A stretch of DNA of 49,192 nt from assembly GCA_965649115.1 (NCBI GenBank), contig CBFGJN010000007.1, positions 1 to 49,192 of the forward strand, read 5' to 3'. The notes under the pieces are model-generated. The model searched no databases and was not told the DNA's origin. It saw only the letters and a list, made by a program, of their open reading frames with translations. The stretch comes from a candidate division WOR-3 bacterium. GTDB lineage: Bacteria > Hydrothermota > Hydrothermia > LBFQ01 > DSFT01. A program made the translations under genes and the position numbers. Of this stretch, positions 1 through 10,704 are shown piece after piece. The stretch's first letter is position 1. Each line of letters starts with the position of its first letter.

Positions 1-114
1 GGGGCCTTCTCCCCCCAAAGCCGAAATATGGGTATTTTAAAGGCGAAGCCTTGAATATAGGGTGGGTGGGAAAATAAAGAAAAATAAATAATTCCAGAAT
101 TATTAGACAAGGCA
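1..114 (+). mobile_element. MITE-like intergenic repeat, partial copy ending at the right (R) end
   Basis: aaggcgaagcctt hairpin, gggtgggtggg tract and the terminus gaattattagacaaggca, all shared with the other copies. Confidence 0.8.
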
Positions 115-132
115 AAAATCTCCTATTTATAT

Positions 133-146
133 CCTTTAAAATTTTT
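133..146 (+). promoter_or_regulatory. CTTTAAAATTTT box (-10-like TAAAAT 6 nt before ATG), representative of about 20 copies in the window
   Basis: Same motif recurs 6-10 nt upstream of 18 transcription-unit-first genes on both strands. Confidence 0.75.
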
Positions 147-148
147 GT

Positions 149-1765
149 ATGGTTTTAAAAAGCCAGATAAACACGAATAGCCAGGAATTTAAAGAAAATT
201 ATAATCATAATAAGGCTGTTGTTGAGGAGTATAAGAAGATTCTTGAAGAAGTTAGAAACAAAAGAGATGAAAAAGCTGTTAAATTGCAAAGAGAAAGAGG
301 CAAACTATTAGCAAGGGAAAGGGTCTTAAAGCTTATAGATCCAGGAACGCCATTTTTTGAGTTATCACCTCTTGCTGCTTATAATATGTATAATAATGAA
401 GTTCCACAAGCTGGAATTATTACGGGAATAGGAATTGTAGAGGGAAAAGAGGTTGTTATTGTCGCTAATGATAGCAGTGTAAAAGGAGGAACATATTTTC
501 CTGAAACAATAAAAAAACATTTAAGAGCACAAGAGATAGCACTTGAAAATAACTTACCTATAATATACCTTGTAGATTCGGGAGGTGTATTTCTTCCAAA
601 ACAAGCAGAAGTTTTCCCTGACAAGGAACATTTTGGAAGAATTTTCTATAATCAGGCTATTATGTCAAGTAAAGGTATTCCACAAATTGCTTGCGTTATG
701 GGTATGTGCACAGCTGGTGGTGCCTATGTTCCCGCTATGAGTGATGAGAATGTTATTGTTAAAAATCAAGGAACAATTTATCTTGGAGGTCCTCCATTAG
801 TCAAAGCGGCGACGGGTGAGGAAGTTAGTGAGGAAGAATTAGGTGGAGGTTATTTACATTCTTATGTTTCAGGTGTAACTGATCATTTGGCAGAAAACGA
901 TGAACATGCTATTGAAATTTTAAGAAGTATAGTTAGAAATTTAAATAGAACAAAAAAACTTGATTTTATAGAAATTGTAGAAAGTGAAGAGCCTATTTAT
1001 GATATTGATGAAATTCTTGGAATTATTCCCAAAGATATTTATAAACCTTTTGATATTAGAGAAATTATTGCGAGGATTGTTGATGGTAGCAGGTTTGATG
1101 AATTTAAGAAAAATTATGGTCAAACATTAGTTTGTGGGTTTGCTCATATTAAAGGTATTCCTGTTGGAATAATTGGTAATAATGGTGTTCTATTTTCTGA
1201 AAGTGCTTTAAAAGGTGCTCATTTTATAATGCTTTGTTCTCAAAGAAGAATCCCAATTATATTTTTACAAAACATAACAGGTTTTATGGTAGGCAAATTC
1301 TATGAAGAACAAGGGATTACAAAGCATGGAGCAAAGATGGTTCAAGCTGTAAGCACAACACAAGTTCCAAAAATTACAATAATTGTAGGTTCATCCCATG
1401 GAGCAGGAAATTACGCTATGTCAGGCAGAGCTTATAATCCAAGATTTCTTCTAATGTATCCATTTAGTAGAATTTCAGTTATGGGAGCAGAGCAAGCATT
1501 TCTTGTAATGAAAATTATAACAGAAAATAAATATAAGAGAATGGGTTCAGAAGTTCCAAGTGAAGAAATTGAAAAAATAAGAAAAGAGATTTATGAGAAG
1601 TACGATTATGAAGGTTCAGCTTATTATTCAACTTCAAGACTTTGGGATGATGGGATAATTGACCCGAGAGACACAAGGGAAATTTTAGGTTTTCTATTAT
1701 CAGTTTGCTTAAATAAACCAATTGAAAATTATTCTGAAAAATCTTGGCCTGTTTTTAGGATGTAA
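149..1765 (+). CDS. Acyl-CoA carboxylase carboxyltransferase (beta) subunit, 3-methylcrotonyl-CoA carboxylase-like
   Basis: [55 protein letters not shown] motifs. Confidence 0.92.
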   Translation: MVLKSQINTNSQEFKENYNHNKAVVEEYKKILEEVRNKRDEKAVKLQRERGKLLARERVLKLIDPGTPFFELSPLAAYNMYNNEVPQAGIITGIGIVEGKEVVIVANDSSVKGGTYFPETIKKHLRAQEIALENNLPIIYLVDSGGVFLPKQAEVFPDKEHFGRIFYNQAIMSSKGIPQIACVMGMCTAGGAYVPAMSDENVIVKNQGTIYLGGPPLVKAATGEEVSEEELGGGYLHSYVSGVTDHLAENDEHAIEILRSIVRNLNRTKKLDFIEIVESEEPIYDIDEILGIIPKDIYKPFDIREIIARIVDGSRFDEFKKNYGQTLVCGFAHIKGIPVGIIGNNGVLFSESALKGAHFIMLCSQRRIPIIFLQNITGFMVGKFYEEQGITKHGAKMVQAVSTTQVPKITIIVGSSHGAGNYAMSGRAYNPRFLLMYPFSRISVMGAEQAFLVMKIITENKYKRMGSEVPSEEIEKIRKEIYEKYDYEGSAYYSTSRLWDDGIIDPRDTREILGFLLSVCLNKPIENYSEKSWPVFRM

Positions 1766-2243
1766 TTCTCTTTGATACGACAACTTTTGCAGGTTTCAAC
1801 AATTTCCCTTTATATAAATATGCTTTTTCAAACTCTTCTAAAACAACATTATCAACATCTCCCTCTTTTATTAATAAAGCTTCACATAGCCTTGGATCAA
1901 ATAATTTTCCTTTAAAGGAAATTTGTTCAACACCATTATCATTTAAAAACTTTATTAACTGTTTATAAATCATTTCAACACCTTTTTTAATTTCCTCGTT
2001 ACCTTGAAATTTATTGAGGTATTCCAAAGCCCTTTCAAAATTATCTACAATAATTATAATTTCTTTGAATATCTTTTCTCTTTCATTTTCCTTTGCTTCG
2101 TTTATTCTTCTTTGAACATCCTTTTTGTAATTTTCATAATCAGCAAGTAATTTTATGTAGTTTTCTTTATATGTTAATATCTCTAAATTCAATTTTTTAG
2201 CCTTTTTCATAAGTTTCTTTTGAATTAAGGGATGGAATATCAT
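1755..2243 (-). CDS. grpE: Nucleotide exchange factor GrpE (start moved from 2267 to the ATG at 2243)
   Basis: [38 protein letters not shown] box 7 nt upstream of 2243. Confidence 0.88.
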   Translation of the reverse strand: MIFHPLIQKKLMKKAKKLNLEILTYKENYIKLLADYENYKKDVQRRINEAKENEREKIFKEIIIIVDNFERALEYLNKFQGNEEIKKGVEMIYKQLIKFLNDNGVEQISFKGKLFDPRLCEALLIKEGDVDNVVLEEFEKAYLYKGKLLKPAKVVVSKRITS

Positions 2244-2270
2244 AATTGAAATTTTAAAGTTAAACATAAG

Positions 2271-2350
2271 TGCTGTGTTGCTGTGTCTAAAAATTCTGAA
2301 AATATAATTATCTGTGTAATTTCCCAGTAATTAAGCCTTCGGCTTATAAA
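2271..2350 (-). mobile_element. Partial MITE-like copy with a duplicated 8-bp terminus (tgctgtgt tgctgtgt)
   Basis: tgctgtgtctaaaaattct terminus and aagccttcggctt hairpin. Confidence 0.7.
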
Positions 2351-2557
2351 TGCTTTGTCTAGTAAATGGTGTTAAATTATTGATTATCAAAGACTTATTA
2401 AAAACTCGTTAAAATGCTTGAAATAATGGGGGAATTATTGGGGGGCGAAGCCCCCCCACTGCCGAAAAATGGGTATTTTAAAGGCGTAGCCTTTATTTTC
2501 AGGGTGGGTGGGCAAAATATAGAAAAATATATATTTTTAGAATTACTAGACCCAGCA
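2351..2557 (+). mobile_element. Full-length MITE-like element (207 bp)
   Basis: TIRs tgctttgtctagtaa ... ttactagacccagca; double IHF-like palindrome at 2373-2397; two GC hairpins; G-tract. Confidence 0.85.
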
Positions 2558-2587
2558 ATTTATTAAAGCTTTAAAATTTCATAACTT

Positions 2588-4063
2588 ATGTTAAATAAAC
2601 CTGAAGAATTTTTTATTAGATTAAAAAAAGTAGAAGAACTTAGAAAAATCGGTATTGAACCATATGAATATAAATTTAAAAAAGAATATAGTGCAAAGGA
2701 GTTGAAAGAAAAATTTGATGAATTAAAAGATAAAACAATAAAATTTGCGGGAAGGTTAATGAGTGTTAGAATAATGGGAAAATCATTATTTGCTAATTTA
2801 AGAGATGAGACTGATGATATTCAAATTTATATAAAAACAGGAGAAACAGAAAACCCTTTTAACACAGAAAATACTGCAAAAGCTTTTGACAAATTTTTTG
2901 ATATTGGAGATATTGTAGGTGTTGAAGGTCATCTATTTAAGACACATACAGGAGAAATTACAATTTTCGTTAAGAAATTTAAAATGTTATCAAAATGTTT
3001 ATTACCACTTGCTGATAAATGGCATGGATTGAAAGATTTAGAAACACAATATCGTGAAAGGTACTTACATCTAATTGTAGATAGAAGCGCTATTGAAACG
3101 TTTAAGAAAAAATCACAAATTATTAAATTAACAAGAAAATTTTTTGAAGATAATGGATTTATTGAAATTGACACCCCGACATTACAACCAATATATGGAG
3201 GTGCTAATGCTAATCCATTTGAAACGTATTCAAATGCACTTGAAGCAAAATTATATTTAAGGATAGCAAATGAATTGTATTTGAAAAGATTGATAGTTGG
3301 AGGTTTTGAAAAAGTTTATGAAATTACAAAAAATTTTAGAAATGAAGGAATAGATAGAACTCATTATCCTGAATTTATTGCTATGGAAGCTTATGCAGCA
3401 TATTGGTATTATTACGATATGATGGAATTGGCAGAAAATTACTTATCTTTTTTAGTCAGAAGTTTATTTAGTAGTGATGAAATTACATATGAAGAAAAAA
3501 CAATTTCTTTTAAATTACCATTTAGAAGAATTTCTTATATTGAAGAATTGAAAAATGCTCTTGGTTTTAATCCAGTTGAAGCAGATTTAGAACTTCTAAA
3601 AGAAAAAGCAAAAAATTACATTCACAATGTTGAAAAATTACATAGATGGAAAATTATTGACAAATTATTTGATGAATTAGTTGGTAAAAATTTAATTGAA
3701 CCCACAATTGTAATGGACCATCCAATAGAAATTTCACCTCTTGCCAAAATTCATAGAGAATTCAAAGATAGAGTTGAAAGGTTTGAAATTTATTTAGCGG
3801 GATTTGAAATTGCTAATGCTTTTAGTGAATTAAATGATCCAATTGAACAAAGAAGAAGATTTGAAGAGCAAATAAATTTAAGAAATTTATCTAATGATAA
3901 GGAATTACCCGAAGAAATAGATGAGGACTTCTTAACAGCTCTTGAATATGGAATGCCACCAACAGGTGGTATTGGTTTTGGAATTGACAGAATATGTATG
4001 ATTTTACTTAATAAATCATCAATTAGAGATATTATTCCATTTCCTCAATTAAAACCAAAATGA
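2588..4063 (+). CDS. lysS: Lysine--tRNA ligase (class II)
   Basis: OB-fold N-terminus, [43 protein letters not shown]. Confidence 0.97.
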   Translation: MLNKPEEFFIRLKKVEELRKIGIEPYEYKFKKEYSAKELKEKFDELKDKTIKFAGRLMSVRIMGKSLFANLRDETDDIQIYIKTGETENPFNTENTAKAFDKFFDIGDIVGVEGHLFKTHTGEITIFVKKFKMLSKCLLPLADKWHGLKDLETQYRERYLHLIVDRSAIETFKKKSQIIKLTRKFFEDNGFIEIDTPTLQPIYGGANANPFETYSNALEAKLYLRIANELYLKRLIVGGFEKVYEITKNFRNEGIDRTHYPEFIAMEAYAAYWYYYDMMELAENYLSFLVRSLFSSDEITYEEKTISFKLPFRRISYIEELKNALGFNPVEADLELLKEKAKNYIHNVEKLHRWKIIDKLFDELVGKNLIEPTIVMDHPIEISPLAKIHREFKDRVERFEIYLAGFEIANAFSELNDPIEQRRRFEEQINLRNLSNDKELPEEIDEDFLTALEYGMPPTGGIGFGIDRICMILLNKSSIRDIIPFPQLKPK

Positions 4064-4629
4064 TAAAGAATTTAAAGTTTGATATTTTTAGTAAATTTAA
4101 GGACTTTGAAAAAGTTATAAATAATAATGATATTGGAATTTTCCTCTTTGTAAATGGAAAAAACTACATTTTAGGAAAGTTTTCAAGGGATTATAGTTTA
4201 TTTTCAATTTTAGATGAGTTAATTGAACTTTTTAAAAATATAGAAATTGACGATAGAGTTGAAATTTCAGATGAAATAATTGAAAAATTAGAAGTTGGAA
4301 CATATATTAAAAATGGTGAGATTTTTAAAATGAAAAAATCATCTATTTTTCATAACTTCTATATTGATTATAGAATTGAAATTTTGTGCGGTAATGATAC
4401 TGCACAAGTTTATATCAAAAATCCAATAGAATTAGATTTTAAAAAAATTATGGAAAGTTTTAAAAATTGTCAATTAACGATAAATCCAATTATGTTGAAT
4501 ATAAAATGTAATTCAACTTCAATTATTTTATTTAAGGATGGTAAAGCTCTTATTAAGGAAAAAGATATAAGTGAGAATAGAGCAAGGTCAATTTATGAAA
4601 AAATTATATTTGTAAATTGCTTTGTGTAG
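4060..4629 (+). CDS. Hypothetical protein whose C-terminal half resembles the C-terminal domain of long ThiF/MoeB proteins
   Basis: ATGA overlap with lys[10 protein letters not shown] ... [11 protein letters not shown] ... RARSIYEK. Confidence 0.6.
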   Translation: MIKNLKFDIFSKFKDFEKVINNNDIGIFLFVNGKNYILGKFSRDYSLFSILDELIELFKNIEIDDRVEISDEIIEKLEVGTYIKNGEIFKMKKSSIFHNFYIDYRIEILCGNDTAQVYIKNPIELDFKKIMESFKNCQLTINPIMLNIKCNSTSIILFKDGKALIKEKDISENRARSIYEKIIFVNCFV

Positions 4630-4710
4630 TAATTCTAAAAATATCATTATTTAGGCTTATTTCCACATAAATTGGCAAAGCCACCTAATAACCCCACGAA
4701 AAATAAGGCT
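4618..4710 (-). mobile_element. Degenerate MITE-like remnant that supplies the stop codon of the upstream ORF
   Basis: tgctttgtgtagtaattct terminus. Confidence 0.55.
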
Positions 4711-4712
4711 GA

Positions 4713-6167
4713 TTAGATTTCCCAATTATTAACTTTCAATTTCCAATATGAAGTTTTATTCTTAGTTTGGAATTTCTTATTAGTTTTAATTGAGGAAATA
4801 ACACTCAAAATTTCTTTTGAAGGTATTTTCTGGTTATAATTAAATTCTTCTGTAAATTTTGTAGTGTAAGTTCCATTTCTAAATTCTTCACTTTTTAAAA
4901 TCTCTATTAAATAATCTATGTTTGTTTTAATGCCAAAGATTTTATATTCATTAAGAGCATTTATGATTCTGTTTATTGCTTCTTCTCTTGTTGTTCCATA
5001 TGAAATTAATTTACTAATCATAGGGTCATAGTACATAGGAACTTCATATCCAGTATAAATTCCACTATCTAATCTAATATATGGTCCAGATGGCTCTATC
5101 AAAAATTCAATTTTTCCAAAACTTGGAGCAAAATTATTTAACGGATCTTCCGCATATATTCTTGCTTCTATACAATGTCCATTAGGTTTTAATTTTGAAA
5201 GATAACCTATATTTTCTCCATTTGCTATTTTTATTTGAATTTCAACTAAATCTATATTATATCTCCACTCTGTAATAGGATGCTCTACTTGTAGTCTTGT
5301 ATTCATTTCTAAGAAATAAAAATTCTTGTTCTCATCTAATATAAATTCAACTGTTCCGACATTTAAATAATTTATAGCTTTTGCAAAATTTATAGCACTT
5401 TCAATAATTTTTTCACGAGTTTTTTCATCAATTGATGGACTTGGAGATTCTTCAATAATTTTTTGATGTCTTCTTTGAATTGAACATTCCCTTTCTCCAA
5501 GAGCAATTACATTTCCAAATTTATCTGCTACTATTTGAACTTCAATATGTTTTGGTTTTGAAATGTATTTTTCAAAATAAACAGTTCCATCTCCGAATGA
5601 ACTTTCTGCTTCTTTTACAGCAATTTCATACTTTTCTAATAATTCATCTTCATTAAAAACAATTCTCATACCTTTACCACCGCCACCTTTTGAAGCCTTT
5701 ATTATAATAGGATAACCAATTTCTTTTGCATATTTTTTAGCATCTTCATAAGAATTTATTTTCGGAGAACTTGGTAAAATTGGAACATTTGATTTTTTAG
5801 CTATTTCTTTTGATGTTATTTTATCACCTGCTAATTGCATGCTTTCTGGTGTTGGTCCTATAAAAATCAAACCCGCTTCAATTACTTTTTTAGCAAATTC
5901 TGGATTTTCTGATAGAAAGCCATAACCAGGATGGATTGCATTAGCTCCTGATTTTAGAGCAATATCTATAATTTTTTCCATATTTAAATAGCTTTTTGAA
6001 CTTTCAGAAGATCCTATATAATAAGCATAATCGCTTAATAAGACATGAAGAGCGTTCTTATCTGCATCTGAATAAACCACGACAGAAGGTATATTCATTT
6101 TTCTTAGTGTTCTTAAAATTCTAACAGCAATTTCTCCTCTATTTGCTATAAGAACCTTTTTTATCAT
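4713..6167 (-). CDS. Biotin carboxylase subunit of an acyl-CoA carboxylase (no fused biotin-carrier domain)
   Basis: IANRGEIAVR, HPGYGFLSEN, GGGGKGMR, RECSIQRRHQK, EMNTRLQVEHP. Confidence 0.93.
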   Translation of the reverse strand: MIKKVLIANRGEIAVRILRTLRKMNIPSVVVYSDADKNALHVLLSDYAYYIGSSESSKSYLNMEKIIDIALKSGANAIHPGYGFLSENPEFAKKVIEAGLIFIGPTPESMQLAGDKITSKEIAKKSNVPILPSSPKINSYEDAKKYAKEIGYPIIIKASKGGGGKGMRIVFNEDELLEKYEIAVKEAESSFGDGTVYFEKYISKPKHIEVQIVADKFGNVIALGERECSIQRRHQKIIEESPSPSIDEKTREKIIESAINFAKAINYLNVGTVEFILDENKNFYFLEMNTRLQVEHPITEWRYNIDLVEIQIKIANGENIGYLSKLKPNGHCIEARIYAEDPLNNFAPSFGKIEFLIEPSGPYIRLDSGIYTGYEVPMYYDPMISKLISYGTTREEAINRIINALNEYKIFGIKTNIDYLIEILKSEEFRNGTYTTKFTEEFNYNQKIPSKEILSVISSIKTNKKFQTKNKTSYWKLKVNNWEI

Positions 6168-6409
6168 TTTTTTATGGAAAACAAAACAATAATGGAGACT
6201 AATAAAAGAAAAAGCACTATATTTACAACGGTTAAAATTGTCATGAATTTACTAATTTTGTTTATTATATCGTAAATTTTAAAAACTCTTTCTGCTTTAT
6301 CTGAATAATCTTTCATTATGTTCTTTATATCCGACCAAATTTCTTCTATTTCTTTAAGTATCATAACCATTGCTTTTAATTCTTCTTCATTATTTCTATT
6401 TTCTTCCAT
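6164..6409 (-). CDS. Small protein with a C-terminal transmembrane helix
   Basis: TAAAAT box 9 nt upstream; ATGA coupling to the biotin carboxylase; hydrophobic C-terminus. Confidence 0.75.
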   Translation of the reverse strand: MEENRNNEEELKAMVMILKEIEEIWSDIKNIMKDYSDKAERVFKIYDIINKISKFMTILTVVNIVLFLLLVSIIVLFSIKK

Positions 6410-6446
6410 AAGTTTAAAATTTTAAAGTAAAAGTTAAAAGGCGGAG

Positions 6447-6650
6447 TGCTGTGTCTAATAATTCTGGAATTATTGATTTTTCTTATTTTTCCCACCCACC
6501 CTATAATTAAGCCTTCGGCTTATAAATGCCCATTTTTAGGCTTTGGGGGGCAAAGCCCCCCATTAGACCCCCCATTAAATCTATAACTTCTTTAAAATTT
6601 TTATAAACTATTGATAATCAAGGACTTATCATTATTTATTGGACAAAGCA
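6447..6650 (-). mobile_element. Full-length MITE-like element flanked by the 9-bp direct repeat aaggcggag
   Basis: TIRs; repeat at 6438-6446 and 6651-6659; nearly identical to 16314-16505. Confidence 0.9.
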
Positions 6651-6659
6651 AAGGCGGAG

Positions 6660-6825
6660 CGCTGTGTCCAAAAATTCTGGAATTATTTATTTTTCAAAAG
6701 CCTTCGCCTTTAAAGTACCCATTTTTTGCTTTGGGGGCGAAGCCCCCCAATAAATCAACAATTTCCTTAAAAATTTTATAAATTATTGATTATCAATCGC
6801 TTAACAATAATTATTGGACAAAGCG
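6660..6825 (-). mobile_element. Second tandem MITE-like copy with an internal deletion
   Basis: cgctgtgtcc ... ggacaaagcg, followed by aaggtggag (6826-6834). Confidence 0.85.
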
Positions 6826-6834
6826 AAGGTGGAG

Positions 6835-6959
6835 TGCCTTGTCTCCCCACCCACCCAAAAATAAGCCTTTGGCTTATAAAAACGCCATTAAAATCTATAA
6901 TTTCAGTAATCATAAATTTTTGATTATCAAGGATTTAACGCTATTTACTAGACAAAGCA
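6835..6959 (-). mobile_element. Third, most degenerate tandem MITE-like copy
   Basis: tgccttgtct ... ttactagacaaagca. Confidence 0.8.
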
Positions 6960-6960
6960 T

Positions 6961-7200
6961 TTTGTTGTTGAAATAAGAGCATATGGCAAAACAAAAGAAT
7001 AAATTGAAGAATTTACAAGAAGAGAATGGGAATGGAATGACCCTGAATTATGGAAAGAAACATATGAAAAATTATTTGGAGAACCATTTCCTTATCCCGA
7101 AAGTAAAGTGTTTAAAAAATTGAAAAAATATGAAATTGTTTGGCAAAAAAATTTTTATGGTATTGAAATGGTATATTTTACTATACTTACAAAAGCTTGA
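6961..7200 (+). pseudogene. Probable 3' gene remnant truncated by the repeat, with an internal TAA at 7000
   Basis: Frame reads FVVEIRAYGKTKE*IEEFTRREWEWNDPELWKETYEKLFGEPFPYPESKVF...TKA*; protein-like composition, no start or promoter box. Confidence 0.5.
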
Positions 7201-7235
7201 AAATTCACACTTATATGAATTAAAATTTTCGGACT

Positions 7236-8834
7236 ATGCTAATTTCCCTTTTCTCTCAAATGAGTTTATATGGACCAGAAAGCCCAGATTGGCTTCAAGG
7301 AAGACATGACTTTAAGAAAACAGGAAAATCCGCTTGGAAGTGTAACAATCCCGCTATTGCAGATAGATTATGGAATGATAGAACAAGTTCAGATTGTTTT
7401 GGTCAAGGTGGTAATAATGTTGTTAATGTTGTAATGGATGTAAATGGAGATGGCGTTAATGAGGTTCTTGGTGCTGGAAATTATACATGTCCTTTTATTA
7501 GTATTGGCATTAGATTAAGAACTTATCCTGCTAATTCAAGCTCTTATCTATGGCAGTTATATTGGAATAATTCTGCTTCAAATACTGATGCCAATTTAGA
7601 TGCTTTTATGGCAGGTGCTATAACAAATAGTGGTAGAAGATTATTTAGTGTTGATTATAAGGAGGGTTTCTTTGGAAGTCCTAAAAGATATTTTACTGCT
7701 GTTAGTGTAAGTGGTGGAAGTGGTTCAGTTATTTACCAAAAACAAGATTGTTCAAATGATAATCCTTGTTCATCGGGACTAACAATAGCAGATGTTAATA
7801 ATGATGGTTGTCCTGAAATATATAGAGGTGTTAATAATAGAGCAGTTTCAATAAATGGATGTTCTAATAGTTATAGTGAAATATGGAATTATGATTTAGG
7901 AAATACTGTTGGAATACCTGTTATTGGTAAGATTGATAATGACCCTGATTGGGATATTGCTTTTCCCGTAGCTCCAAATATAATTAATGTAAGAAGAGCA
8001 AGTGATGGTGGTTTTAAGTTTTCTTATACACTTCCTTCAAACTTTCCTAATCTACTTGATTATGATTTTTATTCTAATGTTTTAACTGCATATGATATTG
8101 ATGGTGATGGAAAAGATGAATTAATTGTAAGGACTGGCTCTCAAATATTGGCTTTAAAATATAATGGAAGTTCATTTAATGTTTTATGGAGTTCAAATTA
8201 TTCAACGGGTTCTGCTATTGCTATTGGACCGATATTAAATGGAAATAATTTAGGTATAGCGGTGAATTCATCAGGTTCATTGCTTATTATAGATGCATCA
8301 AACGGTTCCCTCGTTGCTTCAACATCAAATGCTTATTGCGGTGCTCCTACAATTACAGATATAAATGGTGATGGGGTTTGGGATGTTTTAATTTCAGAAT
8401 GTTCTTGCGGAAATCCAACTGGTTATAGTAGAACAAATGGATTTTCTTCTCCTGTTTGGCAGGCTGGTGGTTGTGCTAGTGAGCCTCCAATCAGCTCTGA
8501 TTTAATAGTTGCTAAGTACTATCTCAATCCCGACAATACAGGGAAGATGGTTATTGTAGAAGGTGATTTTAGTTGTGATACAAATGTTTGGATGTGTGAT
8601 GCGGCAGAATTTCCTACACCTATTGAAGTAAAAGAGAATATATCATATTCAAAAGGCTATTTAAAAATAGAAAATTATAAAGGTTTTATTGAGATTTATA
8701 ATCTTGATGGAAAGAAAATTTATAAAGTTTTTTACGATAAACCAATTAAGTTAAATCTAAAAGATGGCTTATATCTTCTAAAAACAGAAAACAAAACATA
8801 TAAAATTTTATTAAAGAAGGAGGTTAAGCAATGA
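7236..8834 (+). CDS. Secreted FG-GAP/VCBS-repeat protein with a T9SS-type C-terminal domain
   Basis: Repeated DxNGDG/DxDGDG motifs; C-terminal IYNLDGKKI ... GLYLLK. Confidence 0.85.
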   Translation: MLISLFSQMSLYGPESPDWLQGRHDFKKTGKSAWKCNNPAIADRLWNDRTSSDCFGQGGNNVVNVVMDVNGDGVNEVLGAGNYTCPFISIGIRLRTYPANSSSYLWQLYWNNSASNTDANLDAFMAGAITNSGRRLFSVDYKEGFFGSPKRYFTAVSVSGGSGSVIYQKQDCSNDNPCSSGLTIADVNNDGCPEIYRGVNNRAVSINGCSNSYSEIWNYDLGNTVGIPVIGKIDNDPDWDIAFPVAPNIINVRRASDGGFKFSYTLPSNFPNLLDYDFYSNVLTAYDIDGDGKDELIVRTGSQILALKYNGSSFNVLWSSNYSTGSAIAIGPILNGNNLGIAVNSSGSLLIIDASNGSLVASTSNAYCGAPTITDINGDGVWDVLISECSCGNPTGYSRTNGFSSPVWQAGGCASEPPISSDLIVAKYYLNPDNTGKMVIVEGDFSCDTNVWMCDAAEFPTPIEVKENISYSKGYLKIENYKGFIEIYNLDGKKIYKVFYDKPIKLNLKDGLYLLKTENKTYKILLKKEVKQ

Positions 8835-9295
8835 TAGTTTTTATCTTTTCTTTTGACTTATCAGATATTGCTAACTATTACAAAAATATTCAATTAAATG
8901 AAAATTTTGAAATGACATTCTATAAATCAAAATCAAATAGAATTCGCTATAAAATCTTTGGAGATTATTACGAAAGTAAGGATAAAACAATATATGAAGG
9001 ATATTTACCTAATGGTTCAAAATCAAGAATGGAGTTTTACGAAAATAGCTATATTTATTACTTAAATGATAATGTTATTGAAAATGGTGTAATTGAAATA
9101 CCAGTTTATTCTCCATATAAAATGTTCATTTTTCTTTATGAGAATAACTATCCTTATGAAGTTATTGAAAAAGATGATGTATTAAATGTAATTTTTAATA
9201 CAGATGGAAATTATTGGTTTTTTAGAATAAGAGCAAGTGATTATAGAATTTTACAATATAGCCCTCCCCTCAAAATAAAAATTGATTTTAAATAA
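8831..9295 (+). CDS. Hypothetical, probably exported protein
   Basis: GGAGG SD and ATGA overlap; short hydrophobic N-terminus. Confidence 0.7.
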   Translation: MIVFIFSFDLSDIANYYKNIQLNENFEMTFYKSKSNRIRYKIFGDYYESKDKTIYEGYLPNGSKSRMEFYENSYIYYLNDNVIENGVIEIPVYSPYKMFIFLYENNYPYEVIEKDDVLNVIFNTDGNYWFFRIRASDYRILQYSPPLKIKIDFK

Positions 9296-9326
9296 TTGCT
9301 AAAAGTAATGGCTCCCACCTCCTGTT

Positions 9327-9352
9327 TGCCCCTGTCCCCCCGGGGGCATTTT
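9327..9352 (+). terminator. Putative intrinsic terminator between convergent genes
   Basis: tgcccc-N10-ggggca stem followed by tttt. Confidence 0.45.
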
Positions 9353-10704
9353 CATTTATATATTTTTATTAAAACTTTATCTTTATTTTTTTCGTAAATC
9401 TCGGAAATTTTTTCCTCAATTTTTTTATTCATTAAGATAAATTTTATTTGTTCTCTAACATCTTCATATTTTGTAATTTTTTCAGGAATAAATTGTTTAA
9501 CTCTTAAAATTAAATAGAAGCCATCCTTATATATAGGTCCAATAATTGAATTTTCTTTAACATCCTTAAAATATGGTTTTAAATCATTTGGAATAGCATT
9601 TTCAGGAACATATCCTATTTCAGTTGGAGCAAATGAATTTTCCTTAGCAGTTTCTTCAAAGTTCTTTTTAGCACTTTCAAGAATAGTTAAAACTTTTTCT
9701 CTTGCTTTCTCAATATCTTCTTTTGAAGGTTTAACCTTAATAAGAATATGACTAAGCTTTACGGAATCAGAAGATTTATCATTAACTTTAAATATATTAT
9801 AACCTAAGGGTGTTCTTATGGGTCTTGTCCAAGAACCTTTTGGTGTTGAAAAGATTTCTAAAATCAAATCTTGACTTAGCAATTGAGATAAGTAATTTTT
9901 TTTAAGCCAACCTAATTCAATAATACTATCATCTGAGAATTTTTTTGCTAATTTATCAAAATTTTCTCCTTTCTGTAATTTTTTATAAATTTCCTTAATT
10001 TTATCATATGCCTTTTCTTCCTGTTCAAATGAAACGGAAACAGGAATTACAATTTGTTCTAAATAATAAATGTTTGGTTGCTTTGGGAAGGAATCTTTAT
10101 GTGTTTCATAAAAATTTTTGATCTCATCCTCAGTTATTGTAATTTCAGGAACAATATATTTTGAAATATATTTTTGAATTAGTATCTGCTTCTTTATAAA
10201 CTCTCTTTGATTTTCAATAAATTCTTTTATTGTTAAATTGTTCTTTTTTAGTTCTTCATCAAAAATTTTTTTACCTACAAATAAGAAAACTTTATTAGCA
10301 AGTTCAGGGTCAGAAAAACTTATTAAACTATCTGGGATTTCATAACTTTTTAAAATTTTTTTAATTTCAATTGTATCATTTGGATTTATACCCATTGACT
10401 GAATTTTATTAAAAATTTCAATTCTTCCATATTGGAAATATATATTGTCAATATAATTTTTTGAAAAGTTTTTAAATTCTTCTTCACTAACCGATAATGA
10501 ACTATCATTCTTAGCAAGAACAAGAATCACTCTTTGTTTTATAAAGTTTTTTAAAATTTCATTTTTTATTGAATCATTTTCCTGTAATGTTGTGCTTCTA
10601 TAAGCTTCTTCTAATTCAGAATAGAAAATTGGTTCATCATTTACAACAGCAATTACTTTATCTAAAAGTTTTAAACTATCAGATGATAGAATTAGAAAGA
10701 TCAT
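9352..10704 (-). CDS. surA: SurA-like periplasmic chaperone / PpiC-type peptidyl-prolyl isomerase
   Basis: DKVIAVVNDEPI N-domain; FDKLAKKFSDD, PIRTPLGYNIFKV, SHILIK parvulin motifs. Confidence 0.8.
   Translation of the reverse strand: MIFLILSSDSLKLLDKVIAVVNDEPIFYSELEEAYRSTTLQENDSIKNEILKNFIKQRVILVLAKNDSSLSVSEEEFKNFSKNYIDNIYFQYGRIEIFNKIQSMGINPNDTIEIKKILKSYEIPDSLISFSDPELANKVFLFVGKKIFDEELKKNNLTIKEFIENQREFIKKQILIQKYISKYIVPEITITEDEIKNFYETHKDSFPKQPNIYYLEQIVIPVSVSFEQEEKAYDKIKEIYKKLQKGENFDKLAKKFSDDSIIELGWLKKNYLSQLLSQDLILEIFSTPKGSWTRPIRTPLGYNIFKVNDKSSDSVKLSHILIKVKPSKEDIEKAREKVLTILESAKKNFEETAKENSFAPTEIGYVPENAIPNDLKPYFKDVKENSIIGPIYKDGFYLILRVKQFIPEKITKYEDVREQIKFILMNKKIEEKISEIYEKNKDKVLIKIYK

Noticed and set aside
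6611..6621. FNR box
   Set aside because: FNR needs TTGAT-N4-ATCAA; the spacer here is 1 nt and the flanks fit IHF better
6438..6959. CRISPR array
   Set aside because: The repeated short unit is only 9 bp, the long units are homologous to each other, and there are no cas genes
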